From: Eledone cirrhosa
Taxonomy: Eukaryota
Direction of reading: 5' to 3'
Length of the DNA: 64,000 nucleotides
Assembly: GCA_964016885.1 (NCBI GenBank)
Contig: OZ024742.1
Location: 285,510,001 to 285,574,000 of the forward strand
Shown here: positions 1 through 13,439 of the stretch, piece after piece
Layout of the letters: each line of letters starts with the position of its first letter
How positions within the stretch are numbered: the first letter of the stretch is position 1
Program-made: the position numbers and the translations under genes
The notes under the pieces: model-generated
The model's database searches: none
The model's input: only the letters and a program-made list of their open reading frames with translations
Told to the model about the DNA's origin: nothing

Positions 1-154
1 AGCAAAATGAAACGAAACGAAGTGTTTTTGCTCAAGAAAACATCGTACAGTCCGTAAAACGAAACCATAATGTTAGGAATGTAACTTCTTGAGCTTAACA
101 TCATGAATAACTAATTCGCACGCGTTCACTTTTGTCTACAAACTAATATACATA

Positions 155-299
<145 letters not shown>

Positions 300-330
300 T
301 ATACACACATATATCATAGTACTTTTTTTT

Positions 331-645
331 CCACCTAGGAGTGAAAGGCCCCCAGTTGTTGTCACAACACCTTTCTAGGAGAGGGAAACTCTGAAAAAAC
401 CCTGCGGTTTCAGAAGCATCCGATGATGTTGACCAGTTCTCCTTTTCGGGTAGTGTTTTCGATGCTCAGAGAGTGGGATTGGTCGAGTGCAAGGCCTTTC
501 GCCACTTAAAAACCTTCAAAGCACAGGCATTGCTTGTTCAGAATATGTTACAGGTTTGTGTGACTGGCCGTAACCTTAAAGTGCACCAAACTCTATAATC
601 TGACAAGCGATTGCAGTACTCTTAGCAGAGTTTGCAGCCATCATG
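331..645 (+). mobile_element. Diverged non-autonomous RTE-derived element, relative of 4902-5474
   Basis: Shares TCTAGGAGA.GGAAACTCTGA, GATGATGTTGAC, GAGAGTGGGA, GCACAGGCATTGC and the ...GCAGCCA.CAT end with 4902-5474. Confidence 0.6.
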
Positions 646-677
646 TATATATATCTAAGTCTAAAGTTTATCTTAAG

Positions 678-930
678 CCAAAAGGCTCATTTGGCCGGTA
701 CTTATCCCGGCGTGAAGCGACTGAGAGTACAAGACTCCTCCCTAGACAGGACGCCAGTCCATCGAAGGGTTAAAACCCCAGCTATTGCTGGTACTCATTT
801 TCAGCTGAGTATACTGGAGCAACGTGAAATGAAATGTTTTGCTCAAGAACACAACACGCAACCCCAGAACCGAACCCACGACATTATGATCGTAAGTTCA
901 ACACCTTTACCACTAGGCCACGTGCCTTCA
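678..930 (-). mobile_element. tRNA-derived SINE, family B (CORE-like middle); other copies 24272-24470(+), 27612-27855(-), fragments 1-125(-) and 46660-46760(+)
   Basis: Minus strand begins with A box TGGCCTAGTGG and B box GGTTCGGTTC, followed by GTGTTCTTGAGCAAAACATTTCATTTCACGTTGCTCCAGT; several dispersed copies. Confidence 0.8.
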
Positions 931-2205
931 CACACACACAAACACACACACACGCACACACACATATATATATCTTACTAAAACAAATATAAATATATAC
1001 GTAGTGAATTTATAGAAGAAAAAAAAGAATTTTAAAAATAACTCCAAAACAGAACAAATAAAAATATCTTTAAAATGTAAAGAAAACTAAAATAAATGAG
1101 TTAATATTTAGTATTTGTCTGTGATTATAGTAGTAGCACATTAGTAATTATATAAACTAGTTTATAAAAGTAGCTGCTAGAACACGTGGTAATGTTTACA
1201 GATAATAGTCAACAATGGATGACCTAATTATTAAAAGCTTCTTTCCCCCCTTATGACCTAAATACTTCTGATGGTACAACGTGCATTCTGGGCTTGTTTA
1301 TTGTATGTATGTATGTAAAACTGAAATGAAATATACCTATTACACTTCGTATGCTCTCTCCCTCTCCCCCACCTCTCCCCTCCCCTCCCCGCTCCCCCAT
1401 CTCTCCCCCTACTTCTTAGCTTAAGTATATTGTGTATAAATACATAGACATACACCACATAATACACACACACACACAATCATATATATATTTATTTTAT
1501 TAAGGCTAAATAGTGAGTCTTGTTACTTTGGAGTTTCGCCTGTTTATCACAGGGTCATCATATATATAAAGTGTAGGTTCTAGTAATGTAGAGGTCATTT
1601 CTATGTACGATACAAATATATATTTGAAGCGAAGGTTTGGGGTTGTTGTGGAAGAGGATGATAAACACGACAAATACCAACAATTCTTGTTGAATATATA
1701 ACTTTACTTCACTTCAACAAAAAGGAAAAGATTATGATTACTTCGAATCATATTTTTAAAGTTTGATTGTAGCATTCCTAAATGAATATAGTGTTCAAAA
1801 TGACTTCTGTGTTGTTCTGGAGACTCTTTTAAAAAGTGACAAGTTGTAGTCAGATAGTACGTACCAGCAGAGGAAGTAATAAACTCGCAGTGGCAAGGAA
1901 ACTATGTTGTCTATTTGAAGAGGCAGATGACTGAGTGTGATTGAAGTGCCAATGGAAGAATTGCTGTCCGGCCCTTGTCGAAAAGGCCGGAGTTTTTTTT
2001 TGCTATCTGCTACATCCCACTTCTTGCTTGAGCAACTCGAAGTGATCCTTCTCTTCCGACGAACCAGAGTGGAATGACTCAAAGAACAACTTATCTCATT
2101 TAACCTCAAGTTGGCCAGCCTTTCCAAACCACTGGCGCCAACCTGGAATAAAGAGAAATAGCAGCCAGATGTCATTTGGGGGTCAGTATGTGTGAAGAGA
2201 TTTCG

Positions 2206-2249
<44 letters not shown>

Positions 2250-2462
2250 ACACATATATAAACATAAATAAATATGTATATATATTTGAAATGTACACGT
2301 CCCAACGCAAATACCATACCATAATAATAGACAATCTCTATAAATAATAGTTGGTACTTCACTCGATTTTCTCAACAATTATAGTGATGGACTATTATAG
2401 CCATTTGCGGTAGGACGCACACATTTCAAATTTCTGAAGTGCCTCTCATGCCAACCGCTTTG

Positions 2463-2536
<74 letters not shown>

Positions 2537-2689
2537 CATGTGCAACTGCCACATTAAGAATATACATTTTATTAGCACTCTGAGACACGTTCGCTCCGTT
2601 ATACGTTCAAACCATATCTCATTGAGTAATTGTGAGCAATCAGGATTATAGCGAATATATTTTCTATAACCTCGTCAATATATATAAAA

Positions 2690-2915
2690 CATATATATAT
2701 ATTAAGCACACACACATCACTCATAGTGTACTCCCGCCGACAACAATAACTACAAATATAAATATCGTATTTTAGTACTGAATAAATAAACGGTAAAATC
2801 ATATATGTCGGTGCAAGTTATAACACCACGAAATAAATTTTACCGTTTAATTATAAGTAATTCGTTACACAGCACCCTTTTATAAAGGGTTCTGATTTAG
2901 GTACAAGGTGAACAA
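2690..2915 (+). repeat. ~230-bp dispersed duplication, second copy 7313-7540
   Basis: Near-identical sequence ATTAAGCACACACAC...GGTTCTGATTTA.GTACAAGG at both sites. Confidence 0.85.
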
Positions 2916-3103
2916 TTTTAAGGCAGGGGAAAGTCGATTAAATCAACCCAAGTACATTACTGGTACTATATTTTATCGACGCCGTCAGGATGAAAGGCAA
3001 GGCTAACCTCGGTGGGATTTGAACTCAGAATGAAAAGAATCGTAACTATATGTCACAACACGTGCTGTCCAACGCTCTATCGATACTGCCAATCCAACGC
3101 CCT
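2892..3103 (-). mobile_element. tRNA-derived SINE, family A (see 37838)
   Basis: GGATGAAAGGCAAGGCTAACCTCGGTGGGATTTGAACTCAGAA is the reverse complement of the family A B-box/central domain. Confidence 0.85.
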
Positions 3104-3714
3104 AAATATTGATTTAAACACTAGGCCAGCAACTAAATCGACTCCAGTGTAATTACTTTATTTTATTGACGCCGTCAGGATAAAAAGAAAAGCTTTACTC
3201 AGAACGTAAAGGACCTCAACTATATGCCACAACCTATGTTGTTCGATACTCTGCCAATACTGCCAATCCATCGCCCTTTTATAATAGAGGCTATGAAATA
3301 TTGGAGAGACCAAGAGGGATTTTAAAAAAAAATGTTTCATTCCAGTCATACGTCGACTTAATGGTTCGCATAAGATCTTTGCTGAATTAAGTTATTGTTC
3401 TAAATACACCGCAATATAAAATATGTCGGTGAAAGTTCGTTTCATTTGTGGGTCAGTAATACAAATTTGTATATATACCAACACTGTTCGTACTGCACTC
3501 CTTGTTTTTATTTTGTTCTTTGCCAATATATATATATATATATACTTTAACTTTAATTATATCTCATAAAATAATACAACTGGTTTTTCCACATTATACA
3601 TATTGTTAGCACCCCAAACACTTAAATTGGGTTTATATTTTAATATAACCTAATGTTTGTTGAGTGAGATGGTTACCAGTCAGAGTTTAGCTTTAAACTA
3701 TCTCTGTTATTGTA

Positions 3715-3765
<51 letters not shown>

Positions 3766-3844
3766 TAATTATTAAACTAATATATTTCTTCATTATATTA
3801 TGTTGTTTGCTTTTATGTTTGTGTTTGTGTGAATATATTTCTGT

Positions 3845-4268
<424 letters not shown>

Positions 4269-4431
4269 ATGGAACATTAAGCAGAAAAAGATGGTGAGAG
4301 AGAGAGGGGGCGAGAGAGGGGTGTCACGGAAGACAATAGAAAAAAAATGAAAACTTGTTTATGTATTCAGAAGGGAAAGTGTGAAAAGTCACGTATACAA
4401 ATTCCAGGCATGTCTGTTTGTGTCTATATAT

Positions 4432-4836
4432 ATATATATTAGAAAGTGAGGTTTTTTTTTTACAAAATGAAAAATAACCGAGGTCCCCTACACGAGTGAA
4501 AGTATAACGAAAAAAGATGAAATCGAAAATGCAACTGGAGTCTTATTAAAAAAAATATATATATATTTATTTAGTTCCTTTACCGCAGACCCTCCATCTC
4601 AACTCTACTTTTGAAAAGCAGAAGAACTGCGAATTCTTCTGCTTTTCAAAAGTAGAGTTGAGATGGAGGGTCTGTGGTTTTTCTCTCAGATGTGAGAAAA
4701 ACCACAGACCCTCCATCTCAACTCTACCTTTGAAAAGCAGAAGAACTGCGAAACCGGTAAAGGAACCAAATAAATATATATATTTTTTTAAAAATAAGAC
4801 TCCAGTTGCATTTTCGATTTCATCTTTTTTTCTTTA
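4432..4836. mobile_element. Penelope-like terminal fragment with nested fold-back inversions; relatives at 8052-8306 and 49800-49918
   Basis: Outer inverted repeat AAAAAAGATGAAATCGAAAATGCAACTGGAGTC / GACTCCAGTTGCATTTTCGATTTCATCTTTTTT, two inner inversions, HHR 3' half GAAAC-CG-GTA followed by AATAAA, (TA)n flanks. Confidence 0.6.
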
Positions 4837-4901
4837 TATATATATATATATGTACACATACATATGTGCGTGTGTGTATGTATACATGTATATCTATGTA
4901 T

Positions 4902-5474
4902 CCCAGTACAACCTGTCTCATGGTTGGGTCGTTGGCGACTAAACTGGCAACCCCACCAAGGTTTCTTGGTGAGGAGGGTGACTTTGGACATCCTGCAGGA
5001 CTAAAAACCAAACCTGTCAAAGGGCAAAGTAGCTCTTAAGAGTAAATGGCCATCCGAAATCACCGGGAGAGATGACTCCTTAGCCTTTGTCAAGGCAGAA
5101 TTCTAGGAGAAGGAAAACTCTGATATAACACCTGCAGCCTTGATGGTATCCAATGATGTTGACTTGTTCTTCTTTTTGGTAAATATCATCTTGGTTAAGA
5201 GAGTGGGACTGGCTTTGTGCAGAGCCTTTGCTCACTATAAAAGCTTCACGGCACAGGCATTGCTTTATATCTGGAGATCTCTCTGCACTTGTCGTCACAT
5301 GGTACCATGGGCCCAGCACTATGTGTCAATAATTGTCACAAGTGTAGTGTTTGTACCAGAGTTTTCAAGTCGCTGGCTGGACTAAAAAGTCACACTCGTT
5401 CAGCGTATCGGTAGGGGTTCTCCTACATGGATATAAAGTAGTGGCCGTACTCGAAAACGAGTTGGCAGCCACCA
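4902..5474 (+). mobile_element. Bipartite non-autonomous RTE-derived element (5'UTR-like part joined to RTE 3' end); copies 11176-11702 and 3' part 12049-12212
   Basis: RTE-type 5'UTR motif TCTAGGAGAAGGAAAACTCTGA; 3' part encodes C2H2-like HKCSVCTRVFKSLAGLKSHTRSAHR*; ends in (GTAT)n tails; near-identical copies. Confidence 0.75.
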
Positions 5475-5587
5475 TATCTATGTATATGTATATCATATAT
5501 GTTTATATATATATATATATATATGTTTATATCCATCCATCCCGTGAAAGGGTGAAAGGAGAGATTTTGTGCTTAAACCTCTAATCT

Positions 5588-6361
5588 TTTCAAGCGATGG
5601 TTACAGTATAACGATCGCTCTATTCTGTTATTTAATAAAATATTTTTGGATTTCATTAAATATTAAATAACAGAATAGAGCGATCGTTATACTGTAACCA
5701 TCGCTTGAAATCTACATTTTCATATTACAAACGCTACCAGGATTGAACGCCTGACTCCATCTCCGTTTGATTGTCAAAATACATATTAACATTCTCTATT
5801 AGTCTTAATTCTATCAACTCTTCTATTCTTTACCATTTAATATAAACTACTATAGATAAAATGAGATTTCTTAATTCAATTCCCTAATGCATATACCAGC
5901 AGGCTACCAGCATTGTTGTTATACATTAGCAGTGAAAACTCCCTCTTCCTTAATTGACACTTTATATCTGTATTAATACTACTACACCAAACGACCATTG
6001 TTCAATTGGTCAAATATAGATTAAAATAGACACTCCCAAAAATTCTTATTTAGATAAAATAAGCCATATACTCATTGTATTCTCATTAAAAACCTTCTAT
6101 ATACTTGTTTACCAGTAAATTGAATTGCCATCTGTCATATACTATCCCTCTCTTCTTCCTTTCTTACAACTAATTTTCTGATTTTTTCCAATTTATCCAA
6201 TATCTCTGAAGAAGTGACAACTGATTATACATTTGCTATCGAATACTTGGTAACATTATATGATTACGCAAGCAGCGATACATAAGTATTCCGTCTGTTA
6301 CAGAAACATATGTCAATACCTAATAAATTCCTTTATAAAAGCACTTTCATTTTATATTCAT

Positions 6362-6365
<4 letters not shown>
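5588..6365 (+). mobile_element. 5'-truncated Penelope-like remnant with inverted 5' end and terminal hammerhead
   Basis: Perfect 50-bp inverted repeat 5588-5637/5661-5710, HHR at 6201-6318, AATAAA at ~6322, then (CT)n(TA)n. Confidence 0.55.
6201..6318 (+). ncRNA. Type I hammerhead ribozyme candidate with long loop II
   Basis: CTGAAGA 6206-6212; stem II GTGACA/TGTTAC; GAAAC-ATAT-GTC with palindromic stem III, cleavage after 6314; stem I weak. Confidence 0.6.
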
Positions 6366-6451
<86 letters not shown>

Positions 6452-7669
6452 ATGATATTGGATAGAACTGGTCACCGTGTATGTTTAAAACTCTTGTATA
6501 CAAGTGCCTATGTACGTCGGTATTTTGGCGGAAGCATAAGGGCAGTCATTGGGGAAATTCAGAAAACTCAGAAAAAGAATGAGTGGTAGGAGCTAGAGTT
6601 TCCTCCCTTCATATGAATTCATGTGGAAGAGGCCGTTAAGTGTTTTACAGTTTATTGTTTAAACTAAAATCTAAAACATTTCCAACAGTGTATGTACAAA
6701 ACAACGTTACTTGAAATAGTGTAAAATATGAGCAGCCCGTTGCATATTTTGGCCAAATTACAAACGACGGAAAGAGATACACTAACGTACAATATGATAT
6801 ATATAATATTTTGTACTATTAGATATATGAAAACAAAGAGGAACCAGTTTCAACAAGAAATAAGCGGCTTGAAGCTGTAATTGACGTCACGGATTAGTGA
6901 ACAGTAAATAAGTAAAACACTAATACTAAGTTTCTTTGTTTATGAGTGGGAATTTCTCCGTGCTTATGTATTCAGCAATTGTTACTAATTTAGTTATAAA
7001 CAAAAGATAAATATTTTTCTGAAATGTGAAAAAAGAAGAAAACAATAGATGTGTTACGTTCATGATTTTTCAATGGTTATAATGATGTAAGTATATTGAT
7101 TTCAGTTAGTTAGTTTGGGTTCAAGCCCGGTCTAAAGCAACAAAATTCCTTTATCACGCTTTTCTGTCCATCATCGCCATCTTCGATTCCTGAATAGATC
7201 CCAGGCCAGTGTCCTGCTTCAGGTAATCAATGTTTGTGACATGATGTCTACCACACTTCTCTGTCCACCATTGCCACATTCTATTCCTGGATAGATCCCA
7301 GGCCAGTATTATATATATATATTAAGCACACACACACATATCACTCATAGTGTACTCCCACCGACAACAATAACTACAAATATAAATATTGAACTTTAGT
7401 ACTGAATAAATAAACGGTAAAATCATATACGTCGGTGCAAGTTCTAGCACCCCGAAATAAATTTTACCCTTTAATTATAAGTAATTCGTTACACAGCACC
7501 CTTTTATAAAGGGTTCTGATTTAAGTACAAGGCGAACAATCAAGTTGCTTCGGGTTGTGAATATGTGTGATATGACGTCCACCACGTTTTCACATTCCGT
7601 GTCGTTGATCCCACGTGACCAACTTTGATACTTCCCCTTCCTGTTGTGCAAAATGTCCTGATAGGGGGA

Positions 7670-7895
7670 GATGATATTTCCTGATCTCACTTAACGGTAG
7701 TCGTATTTTATATGTTGCTGTTACTACACATCAAAGATCACATGTGCAGCAACGATCTTTATGTAGCAACCCTCAAAACTCTTTTCCGTTTATTTCATGA
7801 CGGTCTGTGCCTCGCTGCCATACAAGACCACTGATTCAACGGTGGTTAGGAAGAACCTTTTTCTTTTTTTCTATTGGCAGCAATGATTTCCAGTT
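7670..7895 (-). pseudogene. Decayed RTE-clade LINE, RT C-terminal remnant
   Basis: Minus strand translates as RFFLTTVESVVLYGSEA...EKSFEGCYIKI, matching the RTE-type VESVLLYGSE..W..DGCYTRMLR motif. Confidence 0.65.
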
Positions 7896-7898
7896 TGT

Positions 7899-8545
7899 CA
7901 GGACCTGACTTTTACTTGTTGGGCCCCTAAGCTAAATGAAATTTAAGGCTCTTCTCAAAATAAAAACAACAAGCATTTTTTAATATTAATATTAATGATA
8001 ATGAATAAATAATACATATATATATACATATATATATATATTTATATATGTATTAGAAAGTGAGTTTTTTTTTTATAAAATGAAAAATAACCGAGGTGTC
8101 CTACATGAGTGAAAGTATAAAGAAAAAAAGATGAAATCGAAAATGCTTGTGGTTTTTCTCACATCTGATGTGAGAAAAACCACAAACTCTCCATCTCAAT
8201 TCTACTTTTGAAAAGCAGAAGAACTGCGAAACCGGTAAAGGAACCAAATAAATATATATCTTTTTAAAAAAAGACTCCAGTTGCATTTTCGATTTCATCT
8301 TTTTTTATATATATGTATATATAGTTTTTGATGATTTACTGTTAAGGAATCAAATATTGATGGCCAGATATAAAGAAAATGAAAGGTTCAGGCTGATTCA
8401 GACCAGGACATTCACCTGCTGAGACCCTAAGCTATATAACATTTGAGACCCTTCTCTAAACAATTTTGGGTAAAAACAAATTGAAAATGATTATAGATGA
8501 TTTATATTTTTATATTAATGTTAATGACAAAGAAAAAAAAATATA
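7899..8545 (+). mobile_element. Two 5' fragments (7899-7990, ~8405-8545) of the hAT-like MITE family at 47144
   Basis: CAGGACCTGACTTTTACTTGTTGGGCCCCTAAGCTAAATGAAATTTAAGGCTCTTCTC is similar to 47144-47203. Confidence 0.55.
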
Positions 8546-8774
8546 TAGCTCTGTGTATGTATAAATGAATATATATATATATATAATAAGCTAGGGGTTG
8601 ATTTCTCTTGGTTTATTCAATAAAGTACGACATCCCTTTCACCTACTTTCAAAATACATATAATTTGAAAACAACTTCTACAGCAATATTTAACGTTTTA
8701 TGTCTCGTCTCACAAGACCTCTATGATAACCACCACCACCACCGCCACCACCACCACAACAACAACAATAATCA

Positions 8775-8868
8775 TAATAATGATTTCATTTATTAGCCAC
8801 AAGGGCCGACATGTAGGGGACAATACAAAGACAGGGACAGTGGGGGTTTACAATAAGGTCGAGTAAAT
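8775..8868 (-). mobile_element. 3' tip of the same L1/Tx1 family as 35931-37350
   Basis: Reverse complement of 37250-37335 (TTTACTCGACCTTATTGTAAACCCCCACTGTCCCTGTCTTTGTATTGTCCCC...). Confidence 0.85.
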
Positions 8869-9233
8869 AATGGTAATAATAATGCTTTCTTTATGGCAAA
8901 ATACATTAATATGTTTCATAAAGGAGTAAAGTAGAAATATAATAATAGAAAGCCTTTATCTCCCAGCAGTAGTATATTCATGTAGTAATTTTAGGTCTAA
9001 TTATTTCAATCTATGTTGTGAATGGTATATCATTACATTATATTAAGATAATGTAATAAAAATAGTAGTTGTAATGGTAAATATAACTAGCTCAATGGCT
9101 TCAGGCGGAAATTACTGGTTCAAATAAAGATTACATAAGTACACACACACAAATACACGCACACACAGACTTCTATATGTACACATACACACGCACACAT
9201 ACACACACACATATATACACACACATATATGCG

Positions 9234-9319
<86 letters not shown>

Positions 9320-9369
9320 TACAGATGTATATATATTTGTACGAATGTATGTACATATATATAAATAAA

Positions 9370-9403
<34 letters not shown>

Positions 9404-9404
<1 letters not shown>

Positions 9405-9610
9405 TTTCTCTTTCTCTTAATTTCGAGTATATTTTTTTGACCGGCCACCTTCCTGGTGGCAAGGTTGTAAAAGAAAAGAAATTGTCATCCCTTGAATCGC
9501 AAGAATGTTTTGCAAATGTTGAAGGTGCCAGCTATCGCAGCCATTTGCAGACTATGAATTAGGGAGCTGCGCTTTTTGTCCGCAAATCCAAGTTCAGTCA
9601 TACTTTGGTC
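9404..9610 (-). mobile_element. 3' end of an RLE-type (R4/Dong-like) non-LTR retrotransposon in a (TACA)n tract; second copy 11718-11940
   Basis: Minus-strand IIIGAAGYIPTRL...LG...[10 protein letters not shown](NICKTFLRF) resembles the R4/Dong C-terminal V.IGALG..P...LQKA.LLGT..I motif. Confidence 0.6.
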
Positions 9611-10724
9611 ATGTATGTATGTATTTATGTATGTATGTATATATATATATATATACACACACACATATACACATATGTGTGCGTCTGTACGCTGAGTGAT
9701 TCTTTTCTATATAATACGGTGTAGAATTATCAATAAACACGAGAAGAGAGCTTATTAGTTCTCTGGTCTTTTGTAATGAATAATTCATTAACTTATTAAC
9801 GTTTATCTGGACCAAATAATTGAAGATTAAGAAACAGAGCTTGTAATATTCGTCTTAGTCTCTTCTCGTCGCAGCAGATTTTAAGTGTCTAAATACGGTT
9901 TCTAATTTAGGCCTACAATTATGTAGGGAAGGGGAAAGTCGATTAAATCGACCCCTGTGCATTACTAGTACTTTATTTTATCGATGCTCTACCGATTTTG
10001 CCAATATACCACGCTTCTTAAGTGTCTCAATGTAATATTTATAACTGCCAGGAAATGCGACTGGTAGGTAGTATCAGCAATGAAAAAGGCCATTGGAAAC
10101 ATTGTTTCCTTGGTCCGACACATGATTTCCACCCCCACCCCCAATCAGTACGTGAATTAAGCCTGGGATCTTGTCTATCGATTCGATCGATTAATAACTG
10201 CTGAAATTGAAACCTTCTCCTACAATTGGGTGGTGTGTGATATGCCTGATTAGTACTTATATCATTCTTCAGACTCGTTTCTGTATATAATTATATATAT
10301 AACAACACATATATTATAATATACAACACATTTATAATATAAACACAGCACAACATATATCACTTTTATTAAACAATTGTTTAATAAACATATCTTTAGT
10401 ACTGCAGGTAGTGTTTCTTTTTATACACGCACGCATAGGCACGTTCACGCACGCACACGCACGCACACGGACGCACACGTACGCACGCTCACACACGCAC
10501 ACGCACACACACGCACGCATATTTGGGAAGAATACTTCGATCGCTCGTTTTGTTTTGTTTTCACATGTTTCAGCTTCACATCTGAAAAGATGGTAATAAT
10601 ACCATGCTAAAATATACTGGGTAAAACATTACTTTGTTTTGTTTTGTTTCATTTGTCATCATTTGCCCTTCGTATTTTTCTACCGCATTATAGCTGCTTT
10701 TTGAAAAGTATCGGTCTTTTATCA

Positions 10725-10760
<36 letters not shown>

Positions 10761-10851
10761 CGTACGTATGTATGTATGTATGTATGTATGTATGTATGTA
10801 TGTATGTATGTATGTATGTATGTATGTATGTGTAGCAGGAGTTGCCTCCCT

Positions 10852-11147
10852 TGTTGTGACACTCACATCACCAATAGATTAACGCTCTCTAGATAGGAAG
10901 TAGAACCCTTTCTGTAACTTCCGGCAGAACCCTATAAAACGAATAACTTTAAGCTCCCTATCTCTCATTTGCCTTTTCGGCACCTGGCCTTCGGCCAGGC
11001 ACGTTCGCCTGGCGACCAAACGGTAACTAATAACTTTGCTTCATTCTCTCATCTATTCATTGACATGTCAACTATACTGTTCTATATATCCACAAATTGT
11101 TAATTAAATATTATACACACAAACCACGTCTCTTGTTATACTTATAC
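10852..11147 (+). mobile_element. Possible solo LTR
   Basis: TG...CA ends, CTATAAAA TATA-like box at ~10932, ATTAAA near the end; no clean TSD. Confidence 0.3.
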
Positions 11148-12254
11148 AACCCAGTATTTTGTTATATATGTATGTGGTAACCCCACCAAGGTTTCTTGGT
11201 GAAGAGGGTGACTTTGGACATCCTGCAGGACTAAAAACAAAACCTGTCAAAAGGCAAAGGGGCTCTTAAGAGTTAATAGCCATCCAAAATCACCGGGAGA
11301 GATGACTCCTTAGCCTTTGTCAAGGCAGAATTCTAGGAGAAGGAAAACTCTGATATAACACCTGCAACCCTGATGGTATCCAATGATGTTGACTTGTTCT
11401 TCTTTTTGGTAAAATCATCTTGGTTAAGAGAGTGGGACTGGCTTTGTGCAGTGCCTTTGCTCACTATAAAAGCTTCATGGCACAGGCATTGCTTTATATC
11501 TGGAGATCTCTGCACTTGTCGTCACATGGTACCATGGGCCCAGCACTATGTGTCAATAATTGTCACAAGTGTAGTGTTTGTACCAAAGTTTTCAAGTCGC
11601 TGGCTGGACTAAAAAGTCACACTCGTTCAGCGCATCGGTAGGGGTTCTCCTACATGGATATAAAGTAGTGGCCGTACTCGAAAACGAGTTGGCAGCCGCC
11701 ATGTATGTATGTATGTTATCTCTTTCTCTTAATTTCGAGTATATTTTTTTTTGACCGGCCACCTTCCTGGTGGCAAGGTTGTAAAAGAAAAGAAATTGTC
11801 ATCCTTGAATTTTGAAGGTGCCAGCTATCGCAGCCATTTGTAGACTATGGATTAGGGAGCTGCGCTTTTTGTCCACAAATCCAAGTTCAGCCATACTTTG
11901 GTCCAAGCGGGTTGGTATATAACCCGCAGCTCCAATAATGATGTATGTATGTATGTATGTATGTATGTATGTATGTATGTATGTATGTATGTATGTATGT
12001 ATGTATGTATGTATGTATGCATGTATGTATGTGTAGCAGGAGTTGCCTCCCAGCACTATGTGTCAATAATTGTCACAAGTGTAGTGTTTGTACCAGAGTT
12101 TTCAAATCACTGGCTGGACTAAAAAGTCACACTCGTTCAGCGCATCGGTAAGGGTTCTCCTACATGGATATAAAGTAGTGGCCGTACTCGAAAACGAGTT
12201 GGCAGCCACCATGTATGTATGTATGTATGTATGTATGTATGTATGTATGTATGG

Positions 12255-12285
<31 letters not shown>

Positions 12286-12394
12286 TGTATGTATGTATGT
12301 ATGTATAAAACTTTGATTTGTTTCAGTAAGTATTGTCCCAGGCCGTGTCTAAGCTAATCGCATAACCGACTGGCGAAGTCTTTCAAATCAGGAT

Positions 12395-12725
12395 TTGGAC
12401 AACATCCAAATAGAGAGTTATTGTTGACGGAGACATATCCTGGATTTCTTGGAGGAATTTATCCAAAGAATTTTTTAATTTTATAGGGTCTGTTTCTGTT
12501 TTATGTGTTTTGGTGTAATGTTAAAGAGAGCGGGACCAGTTGAGGTGAAATAATTGTGTCGTAATGTTGTTATGAGGTGCGAGTTTGATTTTTGTTGTGA
12601 GTGGATAGCACGGGAGCCAAGTCTTACGTTTATTTTAAAGATCATGCCAACATCATTTGGGCAATGCTGATGGAATATTTTCACACATTATGCAAATAAC
12701 GTAGCGTTCACGGCGGCGTTACTTA
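12395..12725 (-). pseudogene. Decayed CR1/Jockey-group LINE ORF2 C-terminus
   Basis: RRERY...KIFHQHCPNDVG..F..RLG.RA...TLRHNYFTSTGPALFNITPKHIK....LDKFLQEIQD is a typical LINE ORF2 tail. Confidence 0.65.
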
Positions 12726-13148
12726 AGTTTCGATGGCTTTAACATCAACTCATTCATATGATCATATGATCTCTGCCATAATTGCTGATACTAAGGCGCA
12801 CCTTATTATCAGTAATTGTGACTGAGGTCACCCCTAGGATATTTCAAGCATTTTGACATACATACAAAAGAATTTTGTATTCTACTTACTTGACCAAAAA
12901 CCAATCATGTATATATAAAAAAGATTTTCTCTGCCTACTCAAAGAGACCTGGCTTTCTTCTCCCCTTGCTCTTCATCTCCTTCTTTTTCCACTTCTCTCA
13001 CTGCTCATTAATCAAGTGACCTCTACCTCTTTCCTCTTCTCCATCAACCACTAGATAATTGCACCATTAGATAGGACACACCATCACCACCACCCCCAAC
13101 TACTAACTATGACACCTACAGATAACAAGAACTGACCAACTTCATCAG

Positions 13149-13198
13149 ACATTTCTGATGATTTCGTACGAATGAAATAGTTTTAGACCTGTAGAAGT
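13149..13198 (+). ncRNA. Minimal hammerhead candidate, weak stems
   Basis: CTGATGA 13155-13161, TTCG-TA-CGAA stem II, GAAATAG...CTGTA. Confidence 0.4.
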
Positions 13199-13372
13199 CA
13201 TTTCTATATAAAATTAGAAAAAATGCCTATATTCTACCAATGTATTCAGTACCATTTTTAACTGTGGTTACCCCCAACAAAACACGGGAATATATCTGTC
13301 TGTGTATGTATGTATATATATATATATATATATAAAATACACACACACACACACGCGCGCGCGCACGCACGC

Positions 13373-13437
<65 letters not shown>

Positions 13438-13439
<2 letters not shown>

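Noticed and set aside
1795-2175. 126-aa minus-strand ORF in a higher-GC block
   Set aside because: No recognisable motif; probably TE debris
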